NCBI GenBank assembly: GCA_951812955.1 | Contig: OX638340.1 | Span: forward strand, 896,001-960,000 | Source of the DNA: an uncultured Gemmatimonadota bacterium | GTDB taxonomy: Bacteria; JAAXHH01 | DNA: 64,000 nt | Reading direction: 5' to 3' | In this document: positions 37,738 to 46,575 of the stretch, piece by piece | Numbering within the stretch: the stretch's first letter is position 1 | Layout: every line of letters begins with the position of its first letter | Notes under the pieces: model-generated | What the model saw: the letters and a program-made list of their open reading frames with translations, nothing else | Told to the model about the DNA's origin: nothing | Databases searched by the model: none | Position numbers and translations under genes: made by a program

Positions 37738-39006
37738 TCAATGCCCCGGCAGGACATCTGGGACGCGCAGCACCTCTTCTTCCGTGTTGTAGAAGTGCGG
37801 TGAAATGCGAATGCCACCCCCGCGGCGGGCGCCGATAATCTGGTGGCTTCGCAACGTTCGATGCAGGTCTTCGGTCTCGTGGACCGGGCTGTCGAAGGTC
37901 ACGATACCCGACCATTCGGACTCGCCCCGTGGACTCAGGACGCGGAAGCCCGAGTCGCACAGGGCTTCGGCCAGTCGGTCGGTCAACTGGCGCAGCCTCT
38001 CCTGTACAACGTCGATACCCACCTCCAGCAGCAGTTCCAGCGAAGCCCCCAGCGCGTGTATGCCCAGCGTGTTGTGGGATCCGCATTCGAAGCGGCGCGC
38101 CGTCGGCGCCGGGGTCGGATCGTAGACGTCGTAGTTGCCCGCATTAGCCACCGAATTCCAACCCACCTCGTAGAGCCTCAACTGCTCGGTCATGTGTGGC
38201 GCGCAGTAGAAGATGCCGATCCCTTCGGGACTCAGAAGCCATTTGTGTCCATCGGCCGTGAGGATGTCGATATTCATCGCATCCACGTCAACCGGAGTCT
38301 GACCGAGGGATTGTATGGCGTCGACGACGAAACAGACGCCCTTTTCCCGGCATAGAGCGCCGATCGCAGCAATGTCGTTGCGGAATCCGTTACCGTACTC
38401 GACGTGGCTGATGGAGACTGCGCGCGTCCTGGAATCGATCCTGTCCGAGATCGCATCCACCGTGAGACGGCCGTCCACGGACTTGACCATCCGCGTTTCC
38501 ACTCCGTCTCGCGAGAGATTAAGCCACGGATATACGTTGGATGGAAATTCGAGGTCGTTCAGGACCACGTTGTCGCCCCTGCGCCAGTCGATGCCGTTGG
38601 CGGCAAAACAGAGCCCTTCCGTGGTATTCTTGACAAATGCGATCTGACTGGGATCGGCGTTGATCAGCCTGGCCGACCGGGACCGGGCGGTCTCGATAGC
38701 CGATTCCCAGTCGCGGTAGTTGGAGGCGGCGTACTCGCTGAAATCCGCTGCATAGGCTCGCACGGCCTCGAAGGCGCGGCCGGGCAACGTGCCGACCGCA
38801 GCGTGGTTCAGGTAGGTACAGTGGTGGACAACAGGAAATTCCTGGCGGATGCGGTCCAGGTTCAATAGAGGCCGTTCCGGTTCTGCGGGAAGGAGCAGGT
38901 TGGTGACTGCCGCCGATTGATGCGAAGCCGGGATCGATTCGAAAGCGGTCCGATCAGAAACTTGCCGCGGCGTCCTCCGTCGAGTCGAAAATATTGAATA
39001 CGGCAT
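37738..39006 (-). CDS. class V aminotransferase-fold PLP-dependent enzyme (cysteine desulfurase/IPN-epimerase-like)
   Basis: 422-aa ORF with YLNHAAVG N-terminal motif and PLP-lysine context (DGHKWL). The annotated ATG start overlaps the STAS gene by 53 bp, so the true start may be a downstream non-ATG codon. Confidence 0.7.
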   Translation of the reverse strand: MPYSIFSTRRRTPRQVSDRTAFESIPASHQSAAVTNLLLPAEPERPLLNLDRIRQEFPVVHHCTYLNHAAVGTLPGRAFEAVRAYAADFSEYAASNYRDWESAIETARSRSARLINADPSQIAFVKNTTEGLCFAANGIDWRRGDNVVLNDLEFPSNVYPWLNLSRDGVETRMVKSVDGRLTVDAISDRIDSRTRAVSISHVEYGNGFRNDIAAIGALCREKGVCFVVDAIQSLGQTPVDVDAMNIDILTADGHKWLLSPEGIGIFYCAPHMTEQLRLYEVGWNSVANAGNYDVYDPTPAPTARRFECGSHNTLGIHALGASLELLLEVGIDVVQERLRQLTDRLAEALCDSGFRVLSPRGESEWSGIVTFDSPVHETEDLHRTLRSHQIIGARRGGGIRISPHFYNTEEEVLRVPDVLPGH

Positions 39007-39286
39007 CCAGTCGGGTTACGACGACGAGCACGTTGTGCGTGCGTTCGCTCAGGTTGGCCAGCCTCAGGTCGCCTCCGGCCTCGCGGAGGGTCTTGGCGCT
39101 GCCTACGAGCGCGCCGACACCGGAACTGCTGATGAGGTTCAACCTGCCGAGATCTACTACGGCTCCGGTCGTACCTTCGGACTTCAACGCCCTTACACGA
39201 TCGTGGAAGGCGGTCACTTCGGGATCGCCCAGGAAGCTGCCAACGAGTTCGATAACCGGTACTCCGTTAATCCTGCGTTCGTTCAT
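38954..39286 (-). CDS. STAS-domain protein (anti-sigma-factor antagonist-like)
   Basis: 110 aa from MNERRINGVPVIELVGSF... with a SpoIIAA-like pattern and a conserved Ser region (SSSGVGALV). The 237-aa ORF in the track is over-extended. Confidence 0.6.
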   Translation of the reverse strand: MNERRINGVPVIELVGSFLGDPEVTAFHDRVRALKSEGTTGAVVDLGRLNLISSSGVGALVGSAKTLREAGGDLRLANLSERTHNVLVVVTRLDAVFNIFDSTEDAAASF

Positions 39287-39420
39287 TACACGTCCCCTTC
39301 GTCTGTACGCTGCTGAAGCGAAAACCGGCCTTTTGAATGTGCCATCATTAAACACCTCGTATTCGGTTTCCGCAAGGATAAATTGCGCGGGGGCAGGTAG
39401 ACCCGTCCGGGGCATTGGTG

Positions 39421-39474
39421 CGGCAGGGACGCGGCAGAGCAGCGGCACGGCAGGGACGCGGTGTGCACGACGGC
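39421..39474. repeat. 27-bp tandem duplication (CGGCAGGGACGCGG... x2, second copy diverged at its 3' half)
   Basis: The 14-bp core CGGCAGGGACGCGG occurs at 39421 and 39448, just downstream of the iorA-like stop. Confidence 0.5.
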
Positions 39475-39504
39475 CGTCCGTCCATTTCCTGCACCTGCCG
39501 ATGG

Positions 39505-41199
39505 TCACGGATTCGACGCGAAAACGGCGGTCTCGGCGCCCGCGGCGCTGTATCCCGGGCAGAACCCCGCCTCGATGTAGGGACAGGGACTCCGGGCGAT
39601 GATCACGCGGATACCTGCCTGGCGCAGGCCCTTGCCGATCACGTCTCGTGTCCGGACTTCGTCCCACGGATCGACGGTTTCGTTCAGCGAGACCGGACAG
39701 GCTCCCACGATATCGTCTATACTAAGCGCCGTCGTCTCGTGGCCCAGTTCGGTTCCGCCCAGGTTGGGTGTACCCTGGAACCCGGACAGGGCCGTCGTGG
39801 CGTTGTCCAGTATGAGGATGAGCAGATCCGACCCCTGGTGGACCACATTGAACAGCGCGTTTGCGCTCAGGTGGAAGAAGTCGGAATCCCCGACGACGGC
39901 AATCACCGGGTCGGTCACGCCGGACAGAACGAGACCCGATGCGATTCCGATGCTCGAACCCATGGAATACTTCACGTCGAGCATCTCGAAGGGCGGCGTA
40001 TTGATCTTGATCGCGCAACCGGGATCGACCACGTACACCGGCGACATGCCGTATCGCGCACTCAAATCGCGCAGGATTTCGAAAACCGGTGTATAGGGGC
40101 AGTTCGACGGCAGTCCGGCCTCGCTGGGCAGGTACTTCTGTTCGTCTTCCGGCGAGAAGTCTCGGTCGGGTTTATAACCGGGGACGAAACCGGCCAGGGA
40201 CTCCGCGATCTGCCAGCGGAACAACTCCCCTTCCCGCGGCACGGCCCGGTCGTGCTTGCCGCTGACCGGCGTCGATATCTTCGCATCATAGGCAACCGAC
40301 TTGATCAACGTTTCCAGAAAGGGCTCGTTCTCTTCCAGTACCAGGGTTTTCTCCGTCGAACGTAGAAATCCGGTGATCTGGTCGGCGGGCAGCGGCCACA
40401 GGGTGGACAGCTTGAGGATGGACAGACCGGAAGTGTCCGCCCCATGAAGCACGTCCATCAACTTGGTGTGAATTACGCCCGCGGCGATTATGCCGGTCTT
40501 TCCCGTGCCGGTTACGGTGTTGAAATCCGCCCGTTCGAAATGCCGCGCGATCGATTCGAGCCGGTCGTGCAGACGCCTGTGCAATCGGACGGCGTTTCCG
40601 GGAACCGAAATCCACCGCATGGGATGCCGTTCGAAGGCATGGGGCCGCACGTAAGTCGTACGAGGAATCTCTGGTCGTTCCAGTTCTTCTTCCATCGTGC
40701 CGAAGGATTTCGTGATCCGCACGATGAAGGGCATCTGCGTTTCGCGGGAAAGCCGGAACGCCTCCCGCGTCATTGCGATCCCTTCCGAGGGTGTCGCCGG
40801 TTCCAGCATGGGCAGTTCGCTACCCCAGGCGATCGGACGGGTATCCTGGTCGTTCTGGGAGGCCCATGCGCCCGGATCGTCCCCGAGCAGGATGACCAGC
40901 CCCGCGCCCACGTCCGTCAGGTTGGCCACCATGACGGCGTCGAGTGCGACGTTGAACCCGACGCCCTTGCACCCCATCAGGGCCGGCACCCCTCCGATGG
41001 ACGCGCCGACCGCCGTCTCAAAGGCGACCTTTTCGTTGGCGGACCATTCAACGTGCAGACCGTGACTGTCCACGAAGCCGCGCAGGAACTCGATGGTGCT
41101 GCTGCTCGGCGAACCAGGATAGCTTGTCGCCACCGCGACACCCGACTGCAGTGCGCCGTAGGCGATGGCCTGGTCACCGGTGATTCGCATCCCGGCCAC
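39505..41199 (-). CDS. indolepyruvate/2-oxoacid:ferredoxin oxidoreductase alpha-subunit-like TPP enzyme (IorA-like), apparently lacking the canonical 2x[4Fe-4S] ferredoxin domain
   Basis: 564 aa with an IorA-like N-terminus (AIAYGALQSGVAVATSYPGSPSS) and TPP region (GDSDFFH). The C-terminus carries only one CP...CPG pair, not two CxxCxxCxxxCP motifs. No iorB partner in the window. Confidence 0.65.
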   Translation of the reverse strand: MAGMRITGDQAIAYGALQSGVAVATSYPGSPSSSTIEFLRGFVDSHGLHVEWSANEKVAFETAVGASIGGVPALMGCKGVGFNVALDAVMVANLTDVGAGLVILLGDDPGAWASQNDQDTRPIAWGSELPMLEPATPSEGIAMTREAFRLSRETQMPFIVRITKSFGTMEEELERPEIPRTTYVRPHAFERHPMRWISVPGNAVRLHRRLHDRLESIARHFERADFNTVTGTGKTGIIAAGVIHTKLMDVLHGADTSGLSILKLSTLWPLPADQITGFLRSTEKTLVLEENEPFLETLIKSVAYDAKISTPVSGKHDRAVPREGELFRWQIAESLAGFVPGYKPDRDFSPEDEQKYLPSEAGLPSNCPYTPVFEILRDLSARYGMSPVYVVDPGCAIKINTPPFEMLDVKYSMGSSIGIASGLVLSGVTDPVIAVVGDSDFFHLSANALFNVVHQGSDLLILILDNATTALSGFQGTPNLGGTELGHETTALSIDDIVGACPVSLNETVDPWDEVRTRDVIGKGLRQAGIRVIIARSPCPYIEAGFCPGYSAAGAETAVFASNP

Positions 41200-41244
41200 G
41201 AAACGCTCCTGTTAAATGTAAAACAGCCTGTGAATGAACGGGTG

Positions 41245-41273
41245 AATATAGACTTTCACCCCATCCCGGTCAA
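41245..41273 (-). promoter_or_regulatory. putative sigma70-type promoter of the iorA-like gene (TAATCGCTTGACC, 17 bp, TATATT)
   Basis: Reverse complement of 41245-41280 reads TAATCGCTTGACC-N17-TATATT. About 40 nt upstream of the start at 41199. Confidence 0.35.
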
Positions 41274-41454
41274 GCGATTACCATCGTGGAGAACCGGTCA
41301 GAAACCGCTTGCGACCGTTTCGCTGTCCGGCTATATTTGACCCGTTTCCTCTTAAGGTATGGCAACAGGATTCGGATGGCGCGCGCATTTCCACGGCGGT
41401 CGTTCGTTCCACGCTTTCCGCTCCGAATATCCTCTCAATCGACGGAGTATTGGA

Positions 41455-42744
41455 ATGGCCAGAAAAAAGCAAGCTGCCAGAAAAAAGCAAGCTGAAGGAA
41501 GTAAAAAAGCAGCAGTTAAAAACAATCGAGCCATCGGGATGGCGGACACCATAGACGAATTGAAAAAGACGCTCGGTAGCACCGGTCCGGCCGAGGTGGA
41601 CAACGAGGAATACTGGCGCGCCGTGCGGGCCCAGTTTCCGTACAATGGTTCGATACGATACACCAATAACGGGACGATAGGCATCCTGCCCCACATGGTC
41701 CTGCAGGCCCAGATCGCCACCCTGAAGGAGGCGGAGGTTCAGGATGGGGATACCGGGGGCGTCGCCTATCCCGCTCCCCACGAAGCCCACGGGAAGCTGG
41801 CCGCGCTGATCAACGCGGATCCCAGCGAGGTCGCCATTACGCGGAATTCGACCGAGAGCATGAACATCATCGCCCTCGGACTCGACCTGAAACCGGAAGA
41901 CGAGATCCTGACCACGACGCACGAGCATTACGGCGGCTGGTCCTGCTGGCAGCATCGGCACGCCCTCTTCGGAAACCCGATCCGGAAACTCGACCTATAC
42001 GATCCGCCTGAAGACGAAGACGAGATCGTGGGGCTGATCGAAGAAGCCATTCGGCCGGAAACCCGCGTGCTCAGTTTCTGCCATGTCACCTGCACCACGG
42101 CCTGGCGCCTGCCCGTCAAGAAGATCTGCGCGATGGCCCGCAAGCGGGGGCTTATTACGGTCGTCGACGGCGCCCAGTCTGTGGGCATGATCGCGGTCGA
42201 CGTGAAGGACCTAGGCGGTGATTTCTACGTAAGCAGCACGCACAAATGGCTTTTTACGCCCAAAGGTACGGGCCTGTTGTACGTGGATGAGGCGGCACAG
42301 GACACGATCACGCTGGGTTACTACTCCGGAGGCGGCCGGCTGACGGCGAGGCGTTTCGAGAACAACGCGAGCCAGAGCTACGCGCCGTTCGTGGGGTTCG
42401 CCTTGGCCGTGGATTTCCACAACGCCATCGGTACCAGTCTGATCGAGGACCGCGGCGCGGCCATGGCGAAGTGGCTCAAGACCCGTCTTTCCGATATACC
42501 CGGCGTCCGTGTGTGGACACCCATGAGCCGCGGGCTGTCCGCATCCATGGTTTCCTTCTCCATCGCCGGCATGACCTCCTCCGACGTGGGTACGCCGCTC
42601 AGGGAACGGTACCGTATACACAGCCGCGGCCTGCACGAAGGCGGATATCACGGCGCCCGCATTTCCTGCGCCATGCACAACAGTTATGATGAGATGGAGC
42701 AAGTCGTTAGCGCCGTGCAAGAAATCGCGGCGAACCGGTGCTGA
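41455..42744 (+). CDS. class V aminotransferase-fold PLP-dependent enzyme with lysine-rich N-terminal extension
   Basis: Start MARKKQAARKKQA... (ATG at 41455, GGAG 8 nt upstream). IRYTNNGTIG and SSTHKW PLP-lysine motifs. An 18-bp x2 perfect in-frame repeat at 41458-41493 encodes ARKKQA twice. An alternative start lies at M(ADTID) 41539. Confidence 0.7.
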   Translation: MARKKQAARKKQAEGSKKAAVKNNRAIGMADTIDELKKTLGSTGPAEVDNEEYWRAVRAQFPYNGSIRYTNNGTIGILPHMVLQAQIATLKEAEVQDGDTGGVAYPAPHEAHGKLAALINADPSEVAITRNSTESMNIIALGLDLKPEDEILTTTHEHYGGWSCWQHRHALFGNPIRKLDLYDPPEDEDEIVGLIEEAIRPETRVLSFCHVTCTTAWRLPVKKICAMARKRGLITVVDGAQSVGMIAVDVKDLGGDFYVSSTHKWLFTPKGTGLLYVDEAAQDTITLGYYSGGGRLTARRFENNASQSYAPFVGFALAVDFHNAIGTSLIEDRGAAMAKWLKTRLSDIPGVRVWTPMSRGLSASMVSFSIAGMTSSDVGTPLRERYRIHSRGLHEGGYHGARISCAMHNSYDEMEQVVSAVQEIAANRC

Positions 42745-42808
42745 ATCCGAGTTCATTCCAGAACCCGCGGCTATCCATACGCGGGCTCACTCAGCGGGAG
42801 AACGGATC

Positions 42809-44518
42809 ATGTCCGATACTGTACTTACCATAAAAGCACTGAAGGATCAATTGGGCGAGAAGTTCGCGGAGAACGTCGTCCTTCGGATTAAGCGCGACGG
42901 AGAATACGTTGAATTCACTGGAGGAGAAGCGGCTCGACGTGCCGACGCGCTCGCCGGACTGCTGTCCTCCCTCGGGTTGCAGCCCGGCGACCGGGTCGCG
43001 CTGCTGGCGGACAACCAGCCCGAGTGGGGCGTCACCTACCTGGCCATCGTGGGACACGGGATGACGGCCGTTCCCATCGACCGCCTGTTGAAACCCGGTG
43101 AATACCAGCGGATTCTCGAGGATTCCGGGACCCGGGCGATCGTCGTGTCGGACGCCTTCCGCGATGAGTTCCATTCCATTGCGGGCTCGCTGCCCGAGCT
43201 GAAGCACGTGCTGAGTCTTGAAGAAGTCATGGCCAGCGAGACAGGTGCTCCTGCGCCGGACAACCCGGTCAGCCCGGACGATCTGGCCGTTCTGATCTAT
43301 ACCTCGGGCACTACCGGACAGCCCAAGGGCGTGATGCTTTCCCACCGGAATATCATGTCCAACGTGGTGGCCGCCAGCCAGGTCATCTCCATTTCATCCG
43401 ACGACAGCTTCGTTTCGGTACTCCCCCTTCACCACACTTTCGAATGCACCGCCGGGTTCCTCGCGCCGATATACAACGGCGCCATGGTTTCCTACGTGGG
43501 CAGCCTCAAGTCACGGGACATCGTCGATACGATGAAGGACTCCAAGGCGACCATCATGCTGGCGGTCCCGCTGCTTTACGAGAAGATGTTCCAGGGAATC
43601 ATGCGCAAGGTAGGCTCACAGCCCGCCGTCACGCGGACGGTGTTCAATCTTTTGATGGGCGCGGTGAAACTGGGCGAGAAGTTCAACAAGCGCATGGGGA
43701 CGGCCCTGTTCAGAAGCCTGCGCGACAAGGGCGGACTCGGGACCATCCGGTTCTTCGTGTCCGGCGCCGCCGCGCTTCCGCCTGAAGTGGCCACGGGATT
43801 CGATCGCCTGGGCCTTCGCATCCTGCAGGGTTACGGACTCACGGAAACCTCGCCGGTCGTTTCGGTACATCGCGTGGAGCAACCACCCAAACCCGATTCC
43901 GTCGGACCGCCCCTAAACGGCGTGGAAGTGGAAGTCGTGGACCCGGACGAAACGGGCGTGGGTGAACTCATCGTCCGGGGAGACAACGTGATGCTGGGCT
44001 ATTACAACAACCCGGAGGCCACGGCGGAGGTGCTCAAGGACGGAGCGCTGTACACCGGCGATTCGGGATGGATCGACGAGGAAGGACACCTGCACATTGC
44101 GGGGCGCCTGAAGAACGTGATCGTTACCCGGGCAGGCAAGAACATCTATCCCGAAGAAATCGAGGGGGAACTCGTCCTCAGTCCCTATATCGCCGAGGTG
44201 CTCGTCTTCGGCGCCGAAGTCCCGGACACAGGGGAAGAATACGTACGGGCGGTCGTTGTCCCCGATTTCGAGTACCTGGAAGAGGAAGGCACGCCGAACG
44301 ACGACGAAACCCTGAACACGCTCATAAACAAGGAAGTGCGGGACCGGTGCGGAAACCTTGCGGACTACAAGCGGGTCCGGGAAGTGGAGATCCGCAGGGA
44401 GGAGTTCTCCAAGACCTCGACACGCAAGATCAAGCGGTTTCTCTTCCAATCCGGACAGTCCGCACAGTCCGAGCAGTCCGGACAGGCGGCCCCGTCAGAA
44501 GAAGCTGACGGCCAATAG
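42809..44518 (+). CDS. long-chain-fatty-acid--CoA ligase-like AMP-dependent synthetase
   Basis: 569 aa from MSDTVLTIK... with AMP-binding motif LIYTSGTTGQPKGVMLSHRNI and C-terminal GYGLTE/ARK motifs. C-terminus has a 9-bp-period QSGQSAQSEQSGQ repeat (44448-44492). Confidence 0.8.
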   Translation: MSDTVLTIKALKDQLGEKFAENVVLRIKRDGEYVEFTGGEAARRADALAGLLSSLGLQPGDRVALLADNQPEWGVTYLAIVGHGMTAVPIDRLLKPGEYQRILEDSGTRAIVVSDAFRDEFHSIAGSLPELKHVLSLEEVMASETGAPAPDNPVSPDDLAVLIYTSGTTGQPKGVMLSHRNIMSNVVAASQVISISSDDSFVSVLPLHHTFECTAGFLAPIYNGAMVSYVGSLKSRDIVDTMKDSKATIMLAVPLLYEKMFQGIMRKVGSQPAVTRTVFNLLMGAVKLGEKFNKRMGTALFRSLRDKGGLGTIRFFVSGAAALPPEVATGFDRLGLRILQGYGLTETSPVVSVHRVEQPPKPDSVGPPLNGVEVEVVDPDETGVGELIVRGDNVMLGYYNNPEATAEVLKDGALYTGDSGWIDEEGHLHIAGRLKNVIVTRAGKNIYPEEIEGELVLSPYIAEVLVFGAEVPDTGEEYVRAVVVPDFEYLEEEGTPNDDETLNTLINKEVRDRCGNLADYKRVREVEIRREEFSKTSTRKIKRFLFQSGQSAQSEQSGQAAPSEEADGQ

Positions 44519-44552
44519 GAGACACCGCGACGGCAGGGCGGAATCGCGATCG

Positions 44553-45554
44553 ATGGATAAAATGGAGCAATCAGGTTCAGATCCGGTGCCGCCTTCCCCG
44601 AAGGACGCGCTCTCTGATACCCCGTTACGTATCGATGCGGGACAGCAGAGAACGCATTGGCGACGCCCTGCCATCCTTTTCGCCTGTACCTTCCTTACCA
44701 CCCTTGTTTCCGGTACGATCATGGAGCACCCCGCCGTGCCGCCGCTGGTGGTGCTTTTCACCCTGTTGAGCGTCCCGTCGCTTCTCCTGGACGGCCTGCC
44801 CTTTTCCCTGTCGGTACTCGGTATACTCATGGCCCACGAGATGGGCCACTATCTCTACGCCAGGTGGTATGGCGTCCATACCTCCCTCCCCCATTTCATC
44901 CCCTCGCCCTTCGTCTTCATCACGCCGAATCCGGGCACCTTCGGCGCCGTCATCGTCACGAAGGCGCCTTACCCGAACAGGCAAGCGCTGATGGACATCG
45001 GCGCCGCCGGACCTATCGCCGGTTTCATCGTGGCCGTCCCGATCATGGCCTACAGTCTCGTCGGAGCCAGGGTGGATCTCGTCCCCGGCGAGGGAGAGGG
45101 CCTTTACCTTGGCGAACCCCTGGTGTTTCAGGCGCTCGCATACCTGATACACGGCCCGCTGCCCGAGAACTATACCATTTACCTTGATTCCGTTGGCCTT
45201 GCGGCATGGTTCGGCTGCCTGGTGACCATGCTCAACCTGCTGCCGGTGGGACAATTGGACGGCGGCCATATTCTGTACGCGTTCACGGGTGGCGCGGTCC
45301 GGAGCAGGCGTCTCCAGCGGAACCTTACGATCGCGAGTTTCCTGGCACTGGCGGTGCTAGGTATGTATTCGCCGGGTTGGTGGGTTTTCGGGGCGCTGCT
45401 GCTGCTCATGGGCAGGTTCAGCGGCTTCAGGCACCCCGCGCCGATCGACGATGCCGCGCCGCTTCCCAGGCACAGCAAGTGGCTGGGCTGGCTCGCGGTC
45501 CTGGTCTTTATTCAGACCTGCATGCCGGTGCCGATCTCGTTTACGGGACCGTAG
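44553..45554 (+). CDS. M50-family (site-2 protease-like) membrane metalloprotease
   Basis: 333 aa from MDKMEQ... with HEMGH zinc motif and LDGG motif (GQLDGGHILYA), and multiple TM segments. The 398-aa ORF-track N-terminus overlaps the ligase gene and is an over-extension. Confidence 0.7.
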   Translation: MDKMEQSGSDPVPPSPKDALSDTPLRIDAGQQRTHWRRPAILFACTFLTTLVSGTIMEHPAVPPLVVLFTLLSVPSLLLDGLPFSLSVLGILMAHEMGHYLYARWYGVHTSLPHFIPSPFVFITPNPGTFGAVIVTKAPYPNRQALMDIGAAGPIAGFIVAVPIMAYSLVGARVDLVPGEGEGLYLGEPLVFQALAYLIHGPLPENYTIYLDSVGLAAWFGCLVTMLNLLPVGQLDGGHILYAFTGGAVRSRRLQRNLTIASFLALAVLGMYSPGWWVFGALLLLMGRFSGFRHPAPIDDAAPLPRHSKWLGWLAVLVFIQTCMPVPISFTGP

Positions 45555-45609
45555 GATGATCGTCGCGTCGCGGGACGGCGTTGAGGTGGGTAGGGGATCG
45601 GCGCGGGGA

Positions 45610-46383
45610 TCAACTGATCAGTAGCCGTTCCAGTTTCTTGTGGATTCGTTCGTCGTCCCCGTCGATACGATGGGCCTTGAGCAATTCGTCGATCGCCCGG
45701 GCGTTTTCCCCCATGATCTCGAAAATGGATCCCAGTGCGTAGTGGGCCGCGAAATTGGTAGCGTCGAGTTCGAGGGCCTTCTGGTACTCACCGATCGCGA
45801 AGTCCCATTTCTCCTGACGGACGTAGATTTCCGCGAGACTCATATGGACTTCCGAAACATCACCATCCCAGCGTAACGCTTCCCGGTATGAGACGACGGC
45901 TTCATCGTACATCGTGCGCCGTTTGTACACCATGCCCAGGAGTTTGTATGCGTCGCCGTTCCGAGGTGATCTGCGGATGACTTCCCGGAAGCAGTTGGTC
46001 GCTTTTTCGAATTCGCCGAGATAGCAGTAGATTCTACCAAGATCCTGAAAAAGGACATCGGTGCGATACCCGCCTTCGAGGGCGTTCAGCATGTATCCGC
46101 GGGCTTCGCTGTAGCATTCCTGCTTCATGTAGATCAGGCCGATATCATACTGTACCGCAACTTTCTTCGGATACTCCCTGGCACACTTGCTGAGCCACTC
46201 GAAGGCCTCACTCGTGCGGCCGGTATACATGAGCCCAAGGCCAAGGCCCCGCAGGGTCCAGTAGTCGGTCTGGTGTTGCTCCAGGCGCTCGAAGCAAAGG
46301 CGCACAATGGTTTCGTAGTCCTTCTTCGCCAGGAGGAGCTTGAGCTTATGAGACCAAAACCACATATTTGTTTTCTCTTCCAA
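45610..46383 (-). CDS. tetratricopeptide repeat (TPR) protein
   Basis: 257 aa with several 34-residue TPR-like units (W-LG-Y...A...F...A). Locally lower GC (about 52-54% by eye) than surroundings. Confidence 0.7.
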   Translation of the reverse strand: MEEKTNMWFWSHKLKLLLAKKDYETIVRLCFERLEQHQTDYWTLRGLGLGLMYTGRTSEAFEWLSKCAREYPKKVAVQYDIGLIYMKQECYSEARGYMLNALEGGYRTDVLFQDLGRIYCYLGEFEKATNCFREVIRRSPRNGDAYKLLGMVYKRRTMYDEAVVSYREALRWDGDVSEVHMSLAEIYVRQEKWDFAIGEYQKALELDATNFAAHYALGSIFEIMGENARAIDELLKAHRIDGDDERIHKKLERLLIS

Positions 46384-46456
46384 AAACGGCCGGTACCTTC
46401 GAGGGGATTAGATCCCGGGGTATCGGGCCGAGCGAAATCCTCGTCCCGACACTTTA

Positions 46457-46485
46457 AATATACGGCCGGCGGCCAGGGGTGTCAA
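46457..46485 (-). promoter_or_regulatory. putative sigma70-type promoter of the TPR gene (CGCTTGACA, 17 bp, TATATT)
   Basis: Reverse complement of 46457-46489 reads CGCTTGACA-N17-TATATT. About 65 nt upstream of the start at 46383. Confidence 0.3.
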
Positions 46486-46575
46486 GCGGTGGGGACGGAC
46501 CGGAACCTGGGTGACTTCATGGTACGAACAGGTGGATTCACCCACCCTGAAACCTGGTTGGGGAGCACTGGATAA

